A stretch of DNA of 64,000 nucleotides from Carcharhinus amblyrhynchos (Eukaryota). The stretch spans positions 51,584,001 through 51,648,000 of the forward strand of contig OZ336884.1 of NCBI GenBank assembly GCA_965287045.1, read 5' to 3'. Shown here one piece after another: positions 27,436-41,014 of the stretch (its first letter is position 1; the number at the start of each line of letters is the position of its first letter). The notes beneath the pieces were generated by a model that saw only the letters and a list, made by a program, of their open reading frames with translations, was not told the origin of the DNA and made no database searches. The translations under genes were made by a program, and so were the position numbers.

Positions 27436-29989
27436 CTAGATACAGGAGAGGAAAAGAAAAATCATCATTAGACTTCACCATTCGAGATACAGACCCAACA
27501 GTCTTTAGTGGGATTTACAACTGAAGCAACTAAATTTTGTATGATTTACAAATTTCATGGTGGTATAAGGTAAGTTTGAAATTCTAGAACCACGTAAACT
27601 GGTACAAACAAATCATAATTCCTTGAAATCCCACTACCATGAGGACTAAGGTTAAATCAGATTTTAAAAATTGTGCAAGCTGCAGTACACTGATGTGCGA
27701 ACTTGAGATAGAAATCCTATGAGATTGGATAACACAAGAGTATTTCTCACAAATCTAGTCACTAGCCAATGGTGTGAAATCACATCCATTTTTCGATGAA
27801 CATGTTCAGAGAAGCCTATGTTTACATACAACTCTGTGCCATTCAATTGGTCACACTCAAGGTGGCTGATGGTATCACAACTAAAGGTTGTCATTATTAA
27901 GCAAGTTTGCTACTCTGTGTAAAATATTTATTACATATCTTTTTGCAGTTTAAGCATGAAGCACTGACAACTATTTTCTGTTCTTTGCATTAAATGAATT
28001 CATAGCCCTGGGATGCAGAACATCAGACAGACGCTTCTGACAAGTGCTACTCACTCAGTTTCATAAACTCCACCTGTGCAAGGTTTACAAAACCATTGAC
28101 TTTTGAAGAATGCTTAAAAAGTATTTTGCTTTTGTAAGAAGAGAGCACAAAGGTAGCACATTAGGTGAATATCATATATTTAAACAAGGAAACTAAAGTC
28201 TTGCAAGCTCTTTTCCTTCAATGTGCAAATTGAGAAAATGCCACAGAGGTCATTTTAGCCACTAGGCAAGATAGCCACAAGATTAAATTGGTTTTCTACC
28301 CTGGCCAAAATTACTCCTCGCTGGATTTCATGGATCTTCAATGGAGGTTAAAATTTCTGCCAATTGTGTTAATTACTAACATTCTTCAAATGCAAGCACT
28401 AAATCAAATTTAGAATCCTCTTTTAAAATTTTGTAAAAAGATCAAGTGTGAATCAAAAATCTCAGCTGAGATTACTAAAGGGGCTTGGTAAGGATACCAC
28501 ATTGGGCCCTTAACCAAGCACATTGTGAGTTATGGTGCTGAGGGCTATAGTACTTGAATGCAACATATTCAACCTCTGGTATGAACTGCTCTGGGGAAGC
28601 ACAGCAGGAATGAATGGACTTAGCATTGCTAATCCAGAAAGTGAAGAGAAAAAAAAACCTAACAATTCCCACAGTTGAATGCTGTATATACGTTCAAAAC
28701 ATACACGTGTAGATATAGGATGAAAATACAACCAGGCTTACTGATACAGCCCCAACATTTGAATAGATTGTCCAGGCTTACATATGAATTGTTTCTGGGG
28801 TGCATTAGTGGAATAAAACACAACACTTTCAGGAGGAAATGAGGGAAAATGTGAAGAAAAGAAATTATATCTAATCTCCTGTTAATAGGCGAATTTTCAA
28901 ATAAATTTTAATTTAGTTTCAACAAATGGTTTGGAGTTGATTAATTCATACTGGATCTCAGAAATGGATGACTTCAGGCCACCCTATTTTCTGGAAGTTC
29001 AGTTCTCAGATGAAGCAATATGGTTACTGTGGTCCGCAATGACAGTTTGCAATAAAGAAGAATGCAATGAAACCATCTGTACACTGGAGATAAATCTGAA
29101 TTTATAACTGTGTGGGTATTGCCAATATCTCAGCCAAGCATACAATATACTGTCAACATTTACTGTTTTCTCACTCCCTCAGAATGCAGCGTCTCCATTA
29201 TAAGGACTTTCAGGATAAGCAATCAACTCCTGGAATGGATACAGCCATACAACAAATTCTTAATTTACACAGAGATTGAAACCCAACATGCCTCTGTTCT
29301 TTCCCAGACTATTTTGCTTTTCATTTAAAGGAACATGGTTGCTACTAAGTGACATATTTCACACTGTGTTTTTCAGCTGTGAGCAGCACAAAGCATGGCT
29401 GTTGCCAAAGATTATGCACTGTCATCTTCTGCTGCATCAGGTCTTTCAAAACAAAGTGCAAAGATGTATTTGACACTATGGACAGGGTTGCTTTCACAAA
29501 TTAAATCGCGCCCACAAATAACCTTATTTCACTCAGTGACACTTAGCTGTTTAGTATTAATTATAGGATTAAATGTACCTCTAAATTACAAACAGTGCCT
29601 TAAATTTCGCTGCATTAGTGCCTAGGCCTTTTTTGTAATGCTGTGAAGGTGTATTGTTCAGTGACACAACTGTATGGCATAGGCTAAGCAGGGCTAATAT
29701 TATGATAATAAGAAAGTAAAGCAAGAGAAAAAAATAATGAAGCAACAAGAATTTTGCTTTAAATGACCAGGAATATCCAAACATTCCGACTTGAGTTAGA
29801 AGTGATAAAAAAAAAGCTAATTTCATTCATAGGAACATAATAACAAGAACAAGCTTTTTAGCCCCTCAAGCCTACTCTGCCACTGAATGGGATCTTGGTT
29901 GAACTGGAAACTAACTCCATATGTTTGTCTTTGCCCTATATCTCTTCATACATTTGGATAACAAAAATTTTCCCTTCGGGTTAATTTTT

Positions 29990-31820
29990 CAACATAGAAC
30001 AGTACAGCACAGTACAGGCCCTCAAAATTGTGCCGAGCTTTGTCCAAAACTAAGATCAAGCTATCCCATTCCCTATCATTCTGGTGTGCCCTATGTACCT
30101 ATCCAATAACTGCTTGAAAGTTCCTGAACTGTCTGACTCCACTATCATTGCAGGCAGTCCATTCCACACCCTCACCACCCTCTGAGTAAAGGACCTACCT
30201 TGGACATCCCTCCTATATCTCCCACCATGAACCTTATAGTTATGACCCCTAGTAACAGCTACATCCACCCAAGGAAATAGTCTGAAAGTCCACTCTACCT
30301 ATTCTCCTCATCATCTTATAAACCTCTATCAAGTCACCTCTCATCCTCCTCCGCTCGAAAGAGAAAAGCCCCAGCTCCCTCAATCTTTCCTCATAAGACT
30401 TACCCTCCAAACCAGGCAGCATTCTGGTAAATCTCCTTTGCACTCTCTCCAATGCTTCCACATCCTTCTTAAAGTGAGGTGACCAGAACTGCACACAATA
30501 TTCCAAATGTGGTCTCACCAAGATCCCGTACAGTTGCAGCTTAACCTCACGGCTCTTAAACTCAAACCCCGTTAATAAACACTAACATACTACAGGCCTT
30601 CTTCACAGCTCTATCCACTTGAGTGGCAGCCTCCAGAGATCTGTGGATATGAACCCCAAGATCTCTCTGTTCCTCCACATTCCTCAGAACCCTGCCATTG
30701 ACCCTGGAATCCTCATTCAAATTTGTCCTACCAAAATGAATCACCTCGCACTTGTCAGGGTTAATCTCCATCTGCCACTTCTTGGCCCAGCTCTGCATCC
30801 TCTCAATGTCTCTTTGCAACCTACAACAGCCCTCCAACTCATCCACTACTCCACCAATCTAGGTGTCATCAGCAAAATGACCTACCCTTCACCCCCCTCC
30901 TCCAAGTCATTGATAAAAATCACAAATAGCAGAAAACACAGCAATGATCCCTGTGGTACACCACTGGTAACTATCCTCCAGTCTGAAAATTTTCCCTCCA
31001 CCACCACCCTCTGTCTGCTACGAGATAGCCAGTTACTTATCCAATCGACCAAATTTCCCTCTACCCACACCTCCTTACTTTCTTCATGAGCCTACCTCGG
31101 GGAACCTTATCAAATGCCTTACTAAAATCCATGTACACATCAACTGCTCTACCTTCATCTACACACTTAGTTACCCCCTCAAAGAATTCAATCAAATTTG
31201 TGAGGCAAGACTTACCCTTCACAAATCCGTGCTGACTATCCCGGATTAAGCTGCATCTTTCCAAATGGTCACAAATCCTGTCTCTCAGGGCCTTTTCCAT
31301 TAACTTACCGACCACCGAAACAAGACTAACCGGCCTATAATTACCAGGGTCATTCCTATATCCTTTCTTGAACAGTGGAACAACGTTCGCCACTTTCCAG
31401 TCCTTTGGCACTATCGCCGTGGAGAGTGAGGACCTAAAGATCAAAGCCAAAGGCTCTGCGATCTCATCCCTTGCTTCCCAAAGAATCCCAGAATTTCTCC
31501 CATTTGGCCTAGGGGACTTATCGACCCTCATGTTTTTCAAAATTGCTATTACATCTTCCTTCAGAACATTTACCTCCTTCAGTCAATCAGCCTGTATCAC
31601 ACTCTCATCCTCACAAACGTGGTCCCTCTCCTTGGTAAACACTGAAGAAAATTATTCACCGCTTTTCCTATCTCTTCTGACTCCATGCACAAGTTCCCAC
31701 TACTATCCTTGACTGGCCCTAACCTCACCCTGGTCATTTTTTTATTTCTCACATAAGAGTAAAAAGCCTTGGGGTTTTCCTTTATCCGACCCGCCAAGGA
31801 CTTCTCATGCCCCCTCCTAA
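29990..31820 (-). mobile_element. CR1 LINE, 5'-truncated, containing the RT domain
   Basis: PGNYRPVSL, QHGFVKGKSCLTNL, DFSKAFDKV, SGVPQGS, FINDL, LEYCVQFW motifs in successive frameshifted ORFs. Confidence 0.95.
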
Positions 31821-32161
31821 GTTCTTTTGTTCAGTTCATTTCTTGAAATTTCAGATTAAGTTTCTCCCATTTTTTTCTAATATTTTGTGTTGCTTTTCAT
31901 ATCTAGGAGCTAAGAGAGAGTAATCTAACAGCTTGCTTCTGATTTTCAACAATTGCTCACTCAGAGTTGTTAGGGCAGAGGCAGGGAAGATGGGGACATT
32001 GGGGGTGGACATTAGATGATGTCACCTGAAAGAGACACAATGCTTTAATGCAAAGCATATCACTGTATATATGTCTGAAAATAAAAGTTTGCCAAACACT
32101 TTTCTTCAGAAGTCAGTGACAATTTTTTTGACAGCAGCTTCTAAACATTCTATGTAGTTTC

Positions 32162-32508
32162 CATAGAATCACTAGTGTAGGAGGAGACCATTTAGCCCAC
32201 TGAGTCTGCACCAACTATCTGACAGAGCGTATTACCCAGGCCCATCCCTCTGCCCCATTCCCTTAACCCTATACATTTAACCCATTAATCACCCAACCTA
32301 CGCATCTAGGGACACTAACGAGCAATTCAGCATGGCCAATCCATCAAACCTGCACATCTTTGGAGTGTGGGACGAAACCGGAATACCCAGGGGAAACGTA
32401 TGTAGACACAGGAAGGATATGCAAACTCTACACAATCACCCAAAGGCAGAAGTAAACCCAGGTCCCTGGTGCTTGAGGCAGCAGTGTTAACTATTGTGCC
32501 ACTGTGTC
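32162..32508 (-). mobile_element. V-SINE (HE1-like)
   Basis: Colinear with the 24532-24858 copy. Confidence 0.85.
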
Positions 32509-32775
32509 ATCTAAATAACAAATTTCTAAATTTGAGAGCTGAGTTTTTCTCAATAATATTTTGTGGGTCAATATTGTTGCTGAACTTAATCTTATTCAGG
32601 TAAAGGGACAGCAACTGTCACTGCATCGTTAAAAGTCAACAGACATTGTGCTACCCAGGTAGGCACCTTAGACATGGGTGCTTGTTGGAAATGAATCAAT
32701 CTTATAACTGTGCCCCCCCACCCCCCCCCCCACTAATAGCGCTGTTTTAGTTATACTATTCAATGCAACACATAC

Positions 32776-32977
32776 GTGTCATAGACATTGAGGAGCCAGT
32801 TGAGACACATGTCCACACAGAGAGGCACATTGACTAGGTTACTGTGTTCCTGTTCCAGTCGATCGTAGATTGAAGTCAGGCAATTAATTATCTCCAAAAT
32901 ATCCATCAGTTGATCATTTTGCTTTAGGTTGTGCTGGTCAAAGGCCTCACAAGCACTTGGCAGAGAGAGAAGATCCA
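32776..32977 (-). CDS. DMD: Dystrophin exon 65 equivalent (EF-hand region)
   Basis: 202 nt, ccacag|TGGAT...GACAC|gtatgt; [21 protein letters not shown]...[18 protein letters not shown]. Confidence 0.97.
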
Positions 32978-34115
32978 CTGTGGAGAAATAGAACAAACAC
33001 ATTAAAATTATGTTTGAATTTTGGACAGGATTCCCAATAGCCAAATCAGTAAGATGGCACCACTTTGCTACAAATCATCCTGCATATGATTACCTTGTAA
33101 TACATTCTGAAGCAGTATAAAACTATTCAGCATCAATCCTCCTCTCAACACTGCAAACCAGAAATAATTTATTCATCAATAAAACAAGTAATGTTTGCGG
33201 AGGAAGCAGAAGCATCAGCACAAACGCCCCTTTCTTCACTTGAATAACATACAAACTTACAATACATAGGCTGAAAAATTTAAAGCAAAGATTTACTCTA
33301 ATGCAGGCTGTGACTATCAGCAGCAAAAATCCCACTGCAGATACAGGTTGTGAGATTAAATAACAAAATACCAGTGCAGGTACAGACTATGAATCTTAGT
33401 AATAAAACCCAACCAGAAATTCAAATTATGACTATAAGCAACAAAATGGCACTGCATTGTCAAGCTGTGAAATTTTATGAACTGATCAACCCTCGGTTCA
33501 ATACCTTATCCCTCAAAAATATGCATTCCTCCAACACAAATGACTGCTTATTCACTGTTGTAAACGCGTGGTGCATTTCGGCAGTATCTTTGTTCTTGTT
33601 GTCACTAATTTGTTGCTGTCGCTATCGCTATATTCTGCTGAAGCACCCTATGGTACATTTTAGTAGGTTCGTAAACATGAAGATATGAATGATAATGGGA
33701 TTGGTAACATCGTTACTGGTCATGTCTACAGTCACAAAGCATTAATCTTTAAATGACCTTTATTTTTCAAAAAATAAGCTTGCTAAAGTTTGAGCTCTGG
33801 CAAGGAAAACGTAAAGGGGTAGAAAGTAGGCCTGATTTCCAGGTGACACATTGGGAGTTGTCTACTTTGGCTGCATAATTCCTAAATTTACACTGCACGC
33901 CTGCTGCCCCTCGCCTTCATTAACTGACGGAGGACTGCATCCCAGAATGGCCATGATGTATTGACCACTACACATGCACAACTCAAGTCTGCTATGATGC
34001 AGATGCACAAAACATCATGCATATTGAGTTACAGATGTGTGTGCATCTGTTGGGGTGGGAGGAGCATATCACACCACAACCTCATGATATCTGAAACTAT
34101 GCTGCACCTTTAATT

Positions 34116-34321
34116 CCAACAGGTTTATTTGGTAGTGAACGTCACTAGCTTTCGGAGCACTGCTCCTTCGTCAGGTGAGTGGGGAGCCCACTCACCTGAT
34201 GAAGGAGCAGCGCTCTGAAAGCTAGTGGCATTTGCTACCAAATAAACCTGTTGGACTTTAACCTGGTGTTATGAGACTTCTTACTGTGTTTAGCCCAGTC
34301 CAATGCTGGCATCTCCACATG
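34116..34321. mobile_element. Penelope-like palindromic element with hammerhead cores and a 10-bp TSD
   Basis: 68-nt inverted arms 34116-34183/34187-34254; flanking direct repeat acctttaatt (34106-34115, 34322-34331). Confidence 0.85.
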
Positions 34322-35536
34322 ACCTTTAATTGCCAGACTTAGGAAGTGCACAAACCCAAAAAAACTCATGGTTCCTTATTTAAAAAATCTGACAGATTAA
34401 TCTTTTTAATGCAGCATGTTATGCTTTGCTTGAAAGGGTAGTGGAAACTGGCTCCGTGATATCTTTCTAGTGGTAACTGGATTAAAACTCGATGAGAAAA
34501 ATGTGCAGGTCCAAGGGGATAGAATAGGGCAGTGGAACTAATTGGATACGTCGTTCAAGAGCCAGCACCAACATGATGGGCTGAATCAACTCCTATTGCA
34601 TTCTAGTGGCATACCAACTAGTTACAGGAAGCAGCAGCTTAAGTTTAATATAAAGACAGTTTTAGGAACAACACATTCTACCTGAAAAAGTCCTCAACAT
34701 AATGAAATGTTCCTATAAGTAACCCTGGCACAAGGATTTGTTTGTTAACTGTTTCTTCCTGAAACACAGTAGTACGATAAGGTCAGTAAATTTTGAAATA
34801 CAGCCAAAGTCTTATACAAGTTTGCAACAACAGCAGGTTAAAAAGTCTCAAGCTCAAGCAAAGAAGTGGCAGGTTTAATTCACACCTGTTAAAAAAAATG
34901 GAACAGTAATATATTTGCACAGAAAACAATGATCTTGAGTGACCTGCAAGTCTTTCTACTAACACATGTCACAGTGTATTAGCTAAATGATACATGTTCC
35001 TCTAAATGCACAGGAATCAAGGACAAGCCTTTGCAAAAGTCATTCTGCTATGTATTTTGTTGCCAAGGTATTGGTTATTTTGTGTTCCTTTAACAGATAT
35101 AAATTAGGAGCAACCTACTTCAAGTGAAACACATTATTTAATTAGTTGAGTCACCTTTACAAAGCTTCTCTTTCAAGGGGTCAACTACATAATTTGCAAG
35201 CAAACACAAATTTAACTATATCAAGTTGCATGTCTTGTCAGGCATCAGAATTCAACAAACTATTTGTTACAACTGCTCCCACAAGAGACTGATAAACAAC
35301 AGTTCTCTTAATATCAATTTATTTGTGGAATTGCAAAGGTACCACCAGCACAACAGCACTTCTAGCTGTGGGATAACAAGCAATAGTGAGGACCCCTTGA
35401 GGAAAGTAATCAATAACAGCTAATTGATTTCTTCAAGCAGTTTAATTAGAGACAAAGCTCCAATCTAAATGGACCAAACTTTGTAAAGACATACACAACT
35501 AGTTCAGAATACATGCGCACTCCAAACTGATATAAC

Positions 35537-36140
35537 AGGCGGAATTTCCAAAAAAATGGCTAAATATCAGATTCCGACTGAGAACCAGCATGTTTCTCTT
35601 CAGAAACACAGTTAGGTTCGAGAGGTTGTGGTTTGCAATGTCACTCGGGCCCAAAAGAGATGGCAAGACCAGTTTCACAGAGATAGCAACCTAATTTGCA
35701 ATTGCTCCCCCCTCACCACAGAAATATCAGGGGTCACTCTCCCACCCATGCTGTTGTCAACACGCACCCCTATCACACAAGGGAATTCCCCTCCCTGTTA
35801 TAGGAGAGGAAACTCTCTGGCACTGCCCACCTCAGTGCACCTTGGCACTGCCAGGAGACAAATTCCAGCCTTGGCCCTCAACCCCCCAGTTGCATTTCAC
35901 GCTGTTCTGATATCACACAATCATGGACGCATTATGTGATATGGGGAATGATTCCAGTGTATGAGCCAATAACAAGATACTAATTTACTATATTGGTTCC
36001 CGATATTGAACAGCTGATAGGGATGGAGGGACGATTCTTCCTGTTTCAATGTGGAAGTGAAAGGTGACTTTGGTGTGATATTTTCTGCTCTCATTGCCAA
36101 ACCCACCCAACTCCTAAACAGGAGTGGAAAATCCCAGGCT
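35537..36140. mobile_element. Longer degenerate member of the MITE-like family
   Basis: ggcggaatttcc ... ggaaaatcccag termini. Confidence 0.45.
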
Positions 36141-37479
36141 TGGACTTCATGGATAAGTACTTGTGATGCAATATTTATTCATGTTCACGAAATTGCCCAG
36201 AACACATTGTGGGCTTGTTGCTTGTGAGATAGACACAAGCCTCATTTGCTTAATTAAGACTCTTGACATACAAATCGTCCACAAATATCTTCTTGCTCGC
36301 AACGTTGATCAACCTGCTACGCTAAACTTTATTGATTAATTATGTAAAAAGTTTTTAATCCTTTTAAGGCTACCAACAGATAAACTCTTTCTACAAATGA
36401 GTACTGAGTCTTGTTATACTGTAGTTATTGACTGTGGGTAATACACTATGGTGTAACCTCAGCACGTTGAAACTTAAATTGTCAAATCTCATCATTTAAG
36501 CTGATGAATAATGGCCACTTCAACGTAATGGAGGATAGCTAGTATAAATGAAACTGTTCTCCTGAAAAGAGTCAATGCACTCAGGAGGGAGATAATTTGG
36601 TACAGTTTAGAAAAAACATTCCATCGCTGACATTGACCTCAACTGAGAAATGCATTCAAACCAAACTGCAATTACCAAAATTGTTTTTGCATCAGCTTTT
36701 AACAGCCACCACATCATGACAAATTTTCTGTAGCAACCGTGGAGCACCGTAGTTTTATGGATAAATAACTGTTCTAATTTAGCTAGAAAAACTTGATTAA
36801 TGGTTGCTGTAAGATCAGAAGAAGTGCTATGATTTTTGCGAAGAGAAATCTGTAAATACTGGAAATTGCAGTTGATCTGTCCACATCTTGGATAAAAACC
36901 CTTTATCCATACTCCCAAACTAATGACAAAAGGTCTCTTCTGGAAGCATTAGCCATACTTTTGTCTTTACAAATGCACATGGGCCACCTGAGTATTTGCA
37001 ACATTTTCTACTTGTATTTTTGAGAAATAGTAGTCAGCGTACAATATTTGGAGTGACCTTGGTTCAGTGATAACTTTCCTGCCTCTTAGAGTGCAGAGAG
37101 AAGGGGCTGGATTTTATGGCCTCTCGTCCCAAAACCGTAAAATCCTGTCCGAGATCAGTTGACCTTTCCACGCTCCGCCCCACACCTGTTCCAATTCCCA
37201 TGGCGGGCAGGCGTGATCTCCGAATACTGGGTTGACATCCAGTGAGCTACTAAAAGGGAGCCAAGAGCTCCTTCTCCCTATTGTAGCCTTGATAAACAGG
37301 ATTCCAATCTCTGCATCCTGAATTGACATTCCATTTGTTCAACGTGAGTGGTGGCATCTCCATTCCTCCCCCATCAGATCTAGCCTATTTTACTGGTATG
37401 GGCTGTGAGTCAGCCCAAAAATCTGACCACATAAAAGATCTTTGTTAGGAAATAGCCCAGAACATGATCTGCTGGAAGC

Positions 37480-38060
37480 AGTATTGGCAGACTCAGAAGT
37501 CACACTTCAGCTATACAAATTCCTGGTTAGACCACACCTGGAGTACTATGAAGAGGTCCGGCCACCACATCTTAGAGACATTATATTGGCCTTGGATCAT
37601 GTGTAGACAAAAGTTACAAGGATGATACCTGGACTCCTAAATCCAATTTTCAGGAGAGATTACGCAAACTAGAATTGTAAAGTTTGATATTTAGAAAGTT
37701 AAGGGTTTGTTTGAATTTTTCAAGATATTATCGGAAACTGCGAGAGGAGACAGAGATAAATATGTTCTGAGGATTGGAGAATCTGTGGTGAGAGAGTATA
37801 GACTAAAAACGAAGGGTCAGTTGTCTCAGGAGTGAAGTTTATAAAGGACAGTGGAGGTTCGGAACTTTTCCACAAATGGCAGTTGATGCTGGGTCAACAG
37901 TTAATTTTGATCAGAGAATTACAATCTTTTGTTAACCAAAGGCATCAAAGGAACATGGGGAAAAGGTGGAAATGTGGAGTCAGGTAACAATTATGCCATG
38001 ATCTCATTGAATGGTGGAACAGGCTTGAAAGGGCTGAAAGGAACAGGAATAGCCAATGTT
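37480..38060 (+). mobile_element. Degenerate CR1 3' fragment ending ~70 nt from the exon 64 donor
   Basis: ggttagaccacacctggagtac..., 3' UTR gccatgatctcattgaatggtggaacaggcttga. Confidence 0.75.
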
Positions 38061-38126
38061 CTAAAAAATTTCCAAGTCCTTTGCACTGCTTAGCAGAGGA
38101 GAGAAAGAAGTGAAGACAACACTTAC

Positions 38127-38201
38127 AGCAAAGAGCTTTCTGCAGTCTTCGTAGCTTCATGGCTGTTCTGTACGCAGAAAACCTTACATTATTTAGGTCG
38201 G
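38127..38201 (-). CDS. DMD: Dystrophin exon 64 equivalent ([25 protein letters not shown])
   Basis: 75 nt, ctacag|CCGAC...TTGCT|gtaagt; the ORF track shows [11 protein letters not shown]. Confidence 0.97.
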
Positions 38202-40792
38202 CTGTAGGAAGATAATAATATTTTCAACAGAGTGTCTCAAAAGTAAATCTGTATTGTACTAAGCCATTTGAGTAGGTATACATTTCAATTCACACAATTT
38301 AAACTTCATATGGTTATTTTGTAACTATAGCTTCATGAACTTACATTAGCTAAACTATAATGATGCTCAAAACCAAAAAAAGGGCCCTGAAACTACGCCA
38401 TCAGCTATGAGCACGTAAACACTTTCACCTGGAGGCATTTCTTATCATTTTATTTGAGGTGACAAACAAGTTGCCAACTCAAGTAAAATGATTGCGGAAT
38501 AAATTTCACATAAATCTCTTTCACGCCAATATCAGATGCTCTAAATTCAGGACCTTGGGAAATAATGGATGAAGGAAATGGTGGCAAAATTCTAATATTG
38601 AAATCACATTTTATTTATAACTGTCATGTTAATTCCAAAGTGAGATTTCAGCCCTAAGTGATTCATGTCTCATTATTTTCAAAGACTATTTTCTAAGACT
38701 TAGAGGGATATTTGTCTCCCATTAACTCCCTTTCTTTTCCTTGTGCCTAAAGTGTTGTGTGTATGATCAGTGGTGCTCTTGTAGGGATTACAAATTTTAC
38801 ACATTCCTTGATATATTTGTTCATCAATAATCTTAGTTCAATAAAATTTCAGTACATAGGTGCTAATGTAATCATTGATTTTTATTATCCAGCCATCTGG
38901 AATTTGGTCCAGAAATGTCCATTTTATAGACAGCAGTTACAGGCTACATACTAAATCAATTGCAGTTCATGGGTCTAATACCATTCAATAGGAGTTCCAC
39001 GCTTTAAAATAAAGTGCAATTTATTTCACAAATGTCATTTTGGGGCTGGCAGACCACAAGATTTCTCAATTGTACTCATTTTACACATTTTCTATCATAG
39101 GTGCCTGCCAATTCACTGAGGTCATCAATTCTCCAAATCAGTAATTTGGACTGAAGTAGTTAATTTTAACATAATTTGGCTTGATAAGAAAGTAGGATCT
39201 TCTTACCTTTATGAGATAGTTCATTTGCAGGTGCAATTAAAATTTATTTTGTTTTTTTAACAATTAAAATGATACCCATCAAAAGGAACTCTTGAATAGC
39301 TCTTAAGGTCACATGACAGTGACTATCCATTGTTGTATATTTGAATGAAATTTTGTGTATAAAAATTAAGCAAATGGCCATGCAAACAATGAGTAGCATG
39401 CATTTTATTCAGTATTAGCTCCAGAGCTTGGTGAATGGATGAAAATGAAAAGATATTCATCTCCTGTCGACTACAAATCCATGTCAAACAACAGACTTGA
39501 GACAATAATCAAACTGTTTGCTCCCAAAAATGGCACAGGATTAAAAAGGGAAAGAGATAATATTTTCAAATTGACTTTTTATAATCATGTGGATTGAACC
39601 ATTCTATTTAAAATCAATGCTCATTGTTGTATTGATTGTACTTGGACAAGAATAAATGGTATTGTGGCACATTACTGTCTAACTTGAAGAAAAAATCTCA
39701 CTGGCACGCGAGATGGGTGCATGTTGCCTGTGAGCAAAAATCTTCTGTACTGTTCCAAAATATTCAGTTAGTATACAGGAGTCTTGATTATCTGTTTTCC
39801 TGCTTATCTTTGAGAATTTCTGCAGGAGAAAGCCTTGGGTGAAATACTGCATAGGCTACTTATGTTTCTTTTCTTACTTGGGTTTCATCTTTTCAATGTG
39901 AATAATGAAAGCATACAATGTTTCTTTTATTATTTTTGTATTGTATGTGTCTTTATTCCTGTTCCCAGAATATTGCCATGCTGTACATTTAAGAACTAAT
40001 TTTGGGGACTCCTTGTTCCAACTATTTACAAGGGAATCCTGTCATTATGGCAAATAAAGGAAGTTTTTGCTCCACAATATACACTATGAGTCTAAGTTCA
40101 TAAAATTCAGTTTTAATTGTTGGCAAAGCAAATTCTTACAAAAGCAGAGATTGCCCACAGAATTGAACAAGGAAGTATGGGAATGTGAGCTTAATTGGAT
40201 ATTAAAAGAAAAGTGCTAACACAGACTGTAAGTTAAATAAAGGCGAATAACACAAAAGATATTTCAAAATGTCTTGCCCTTTCCCTGACGAACCATCTAA
40301 AGTATTTACACTTTCTCAGTGAAACCTGCAGAGGCCTGCACGAGATGTGAATGAGGATTGCACACCACAATGCTAGCAGGAAACAGAGGCCTGTGGAAAT
40401 AATGGTCTGAACTTAAAAAGAAAAATCCAAAGAGACCTAGAAATCTGTGCTGCCAGTAATTGACCACACGCAGCCTGCACTGCAATGCAAAGTGTGAATT
40501 GCTGCTTTGCATTGCATATGCTTTCACAAGAAATCCCTGTGTAACTACTATTAATTATGTCTGGCAAAAATTCAGCCTTTAATTGTACTGTGAAAATGGA
40601 TGATAATAAAGATTCCTGTGGAATTGTAGAATACTAATCATTTTTGTAACTAATACCATGAGGTTAAAATGCCTTTGTTTCGATTTTAAAAACTTTCATC
40701 TTTTCAGCTAACCTTATTAATTCCAAAGCAGTTGAAATCATGGCCTGTCTCCAAGTACATTCCCAGGTCCTTTTCCCAAATGCTTCCTCTTA

Positions 40793-41014
<222 letters not shown>

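Noticed and set aside
30619-31712. + strand ORFs overlapping the CR1
   Set aside because: Antisense shadow ORFs of LINE ORF2.
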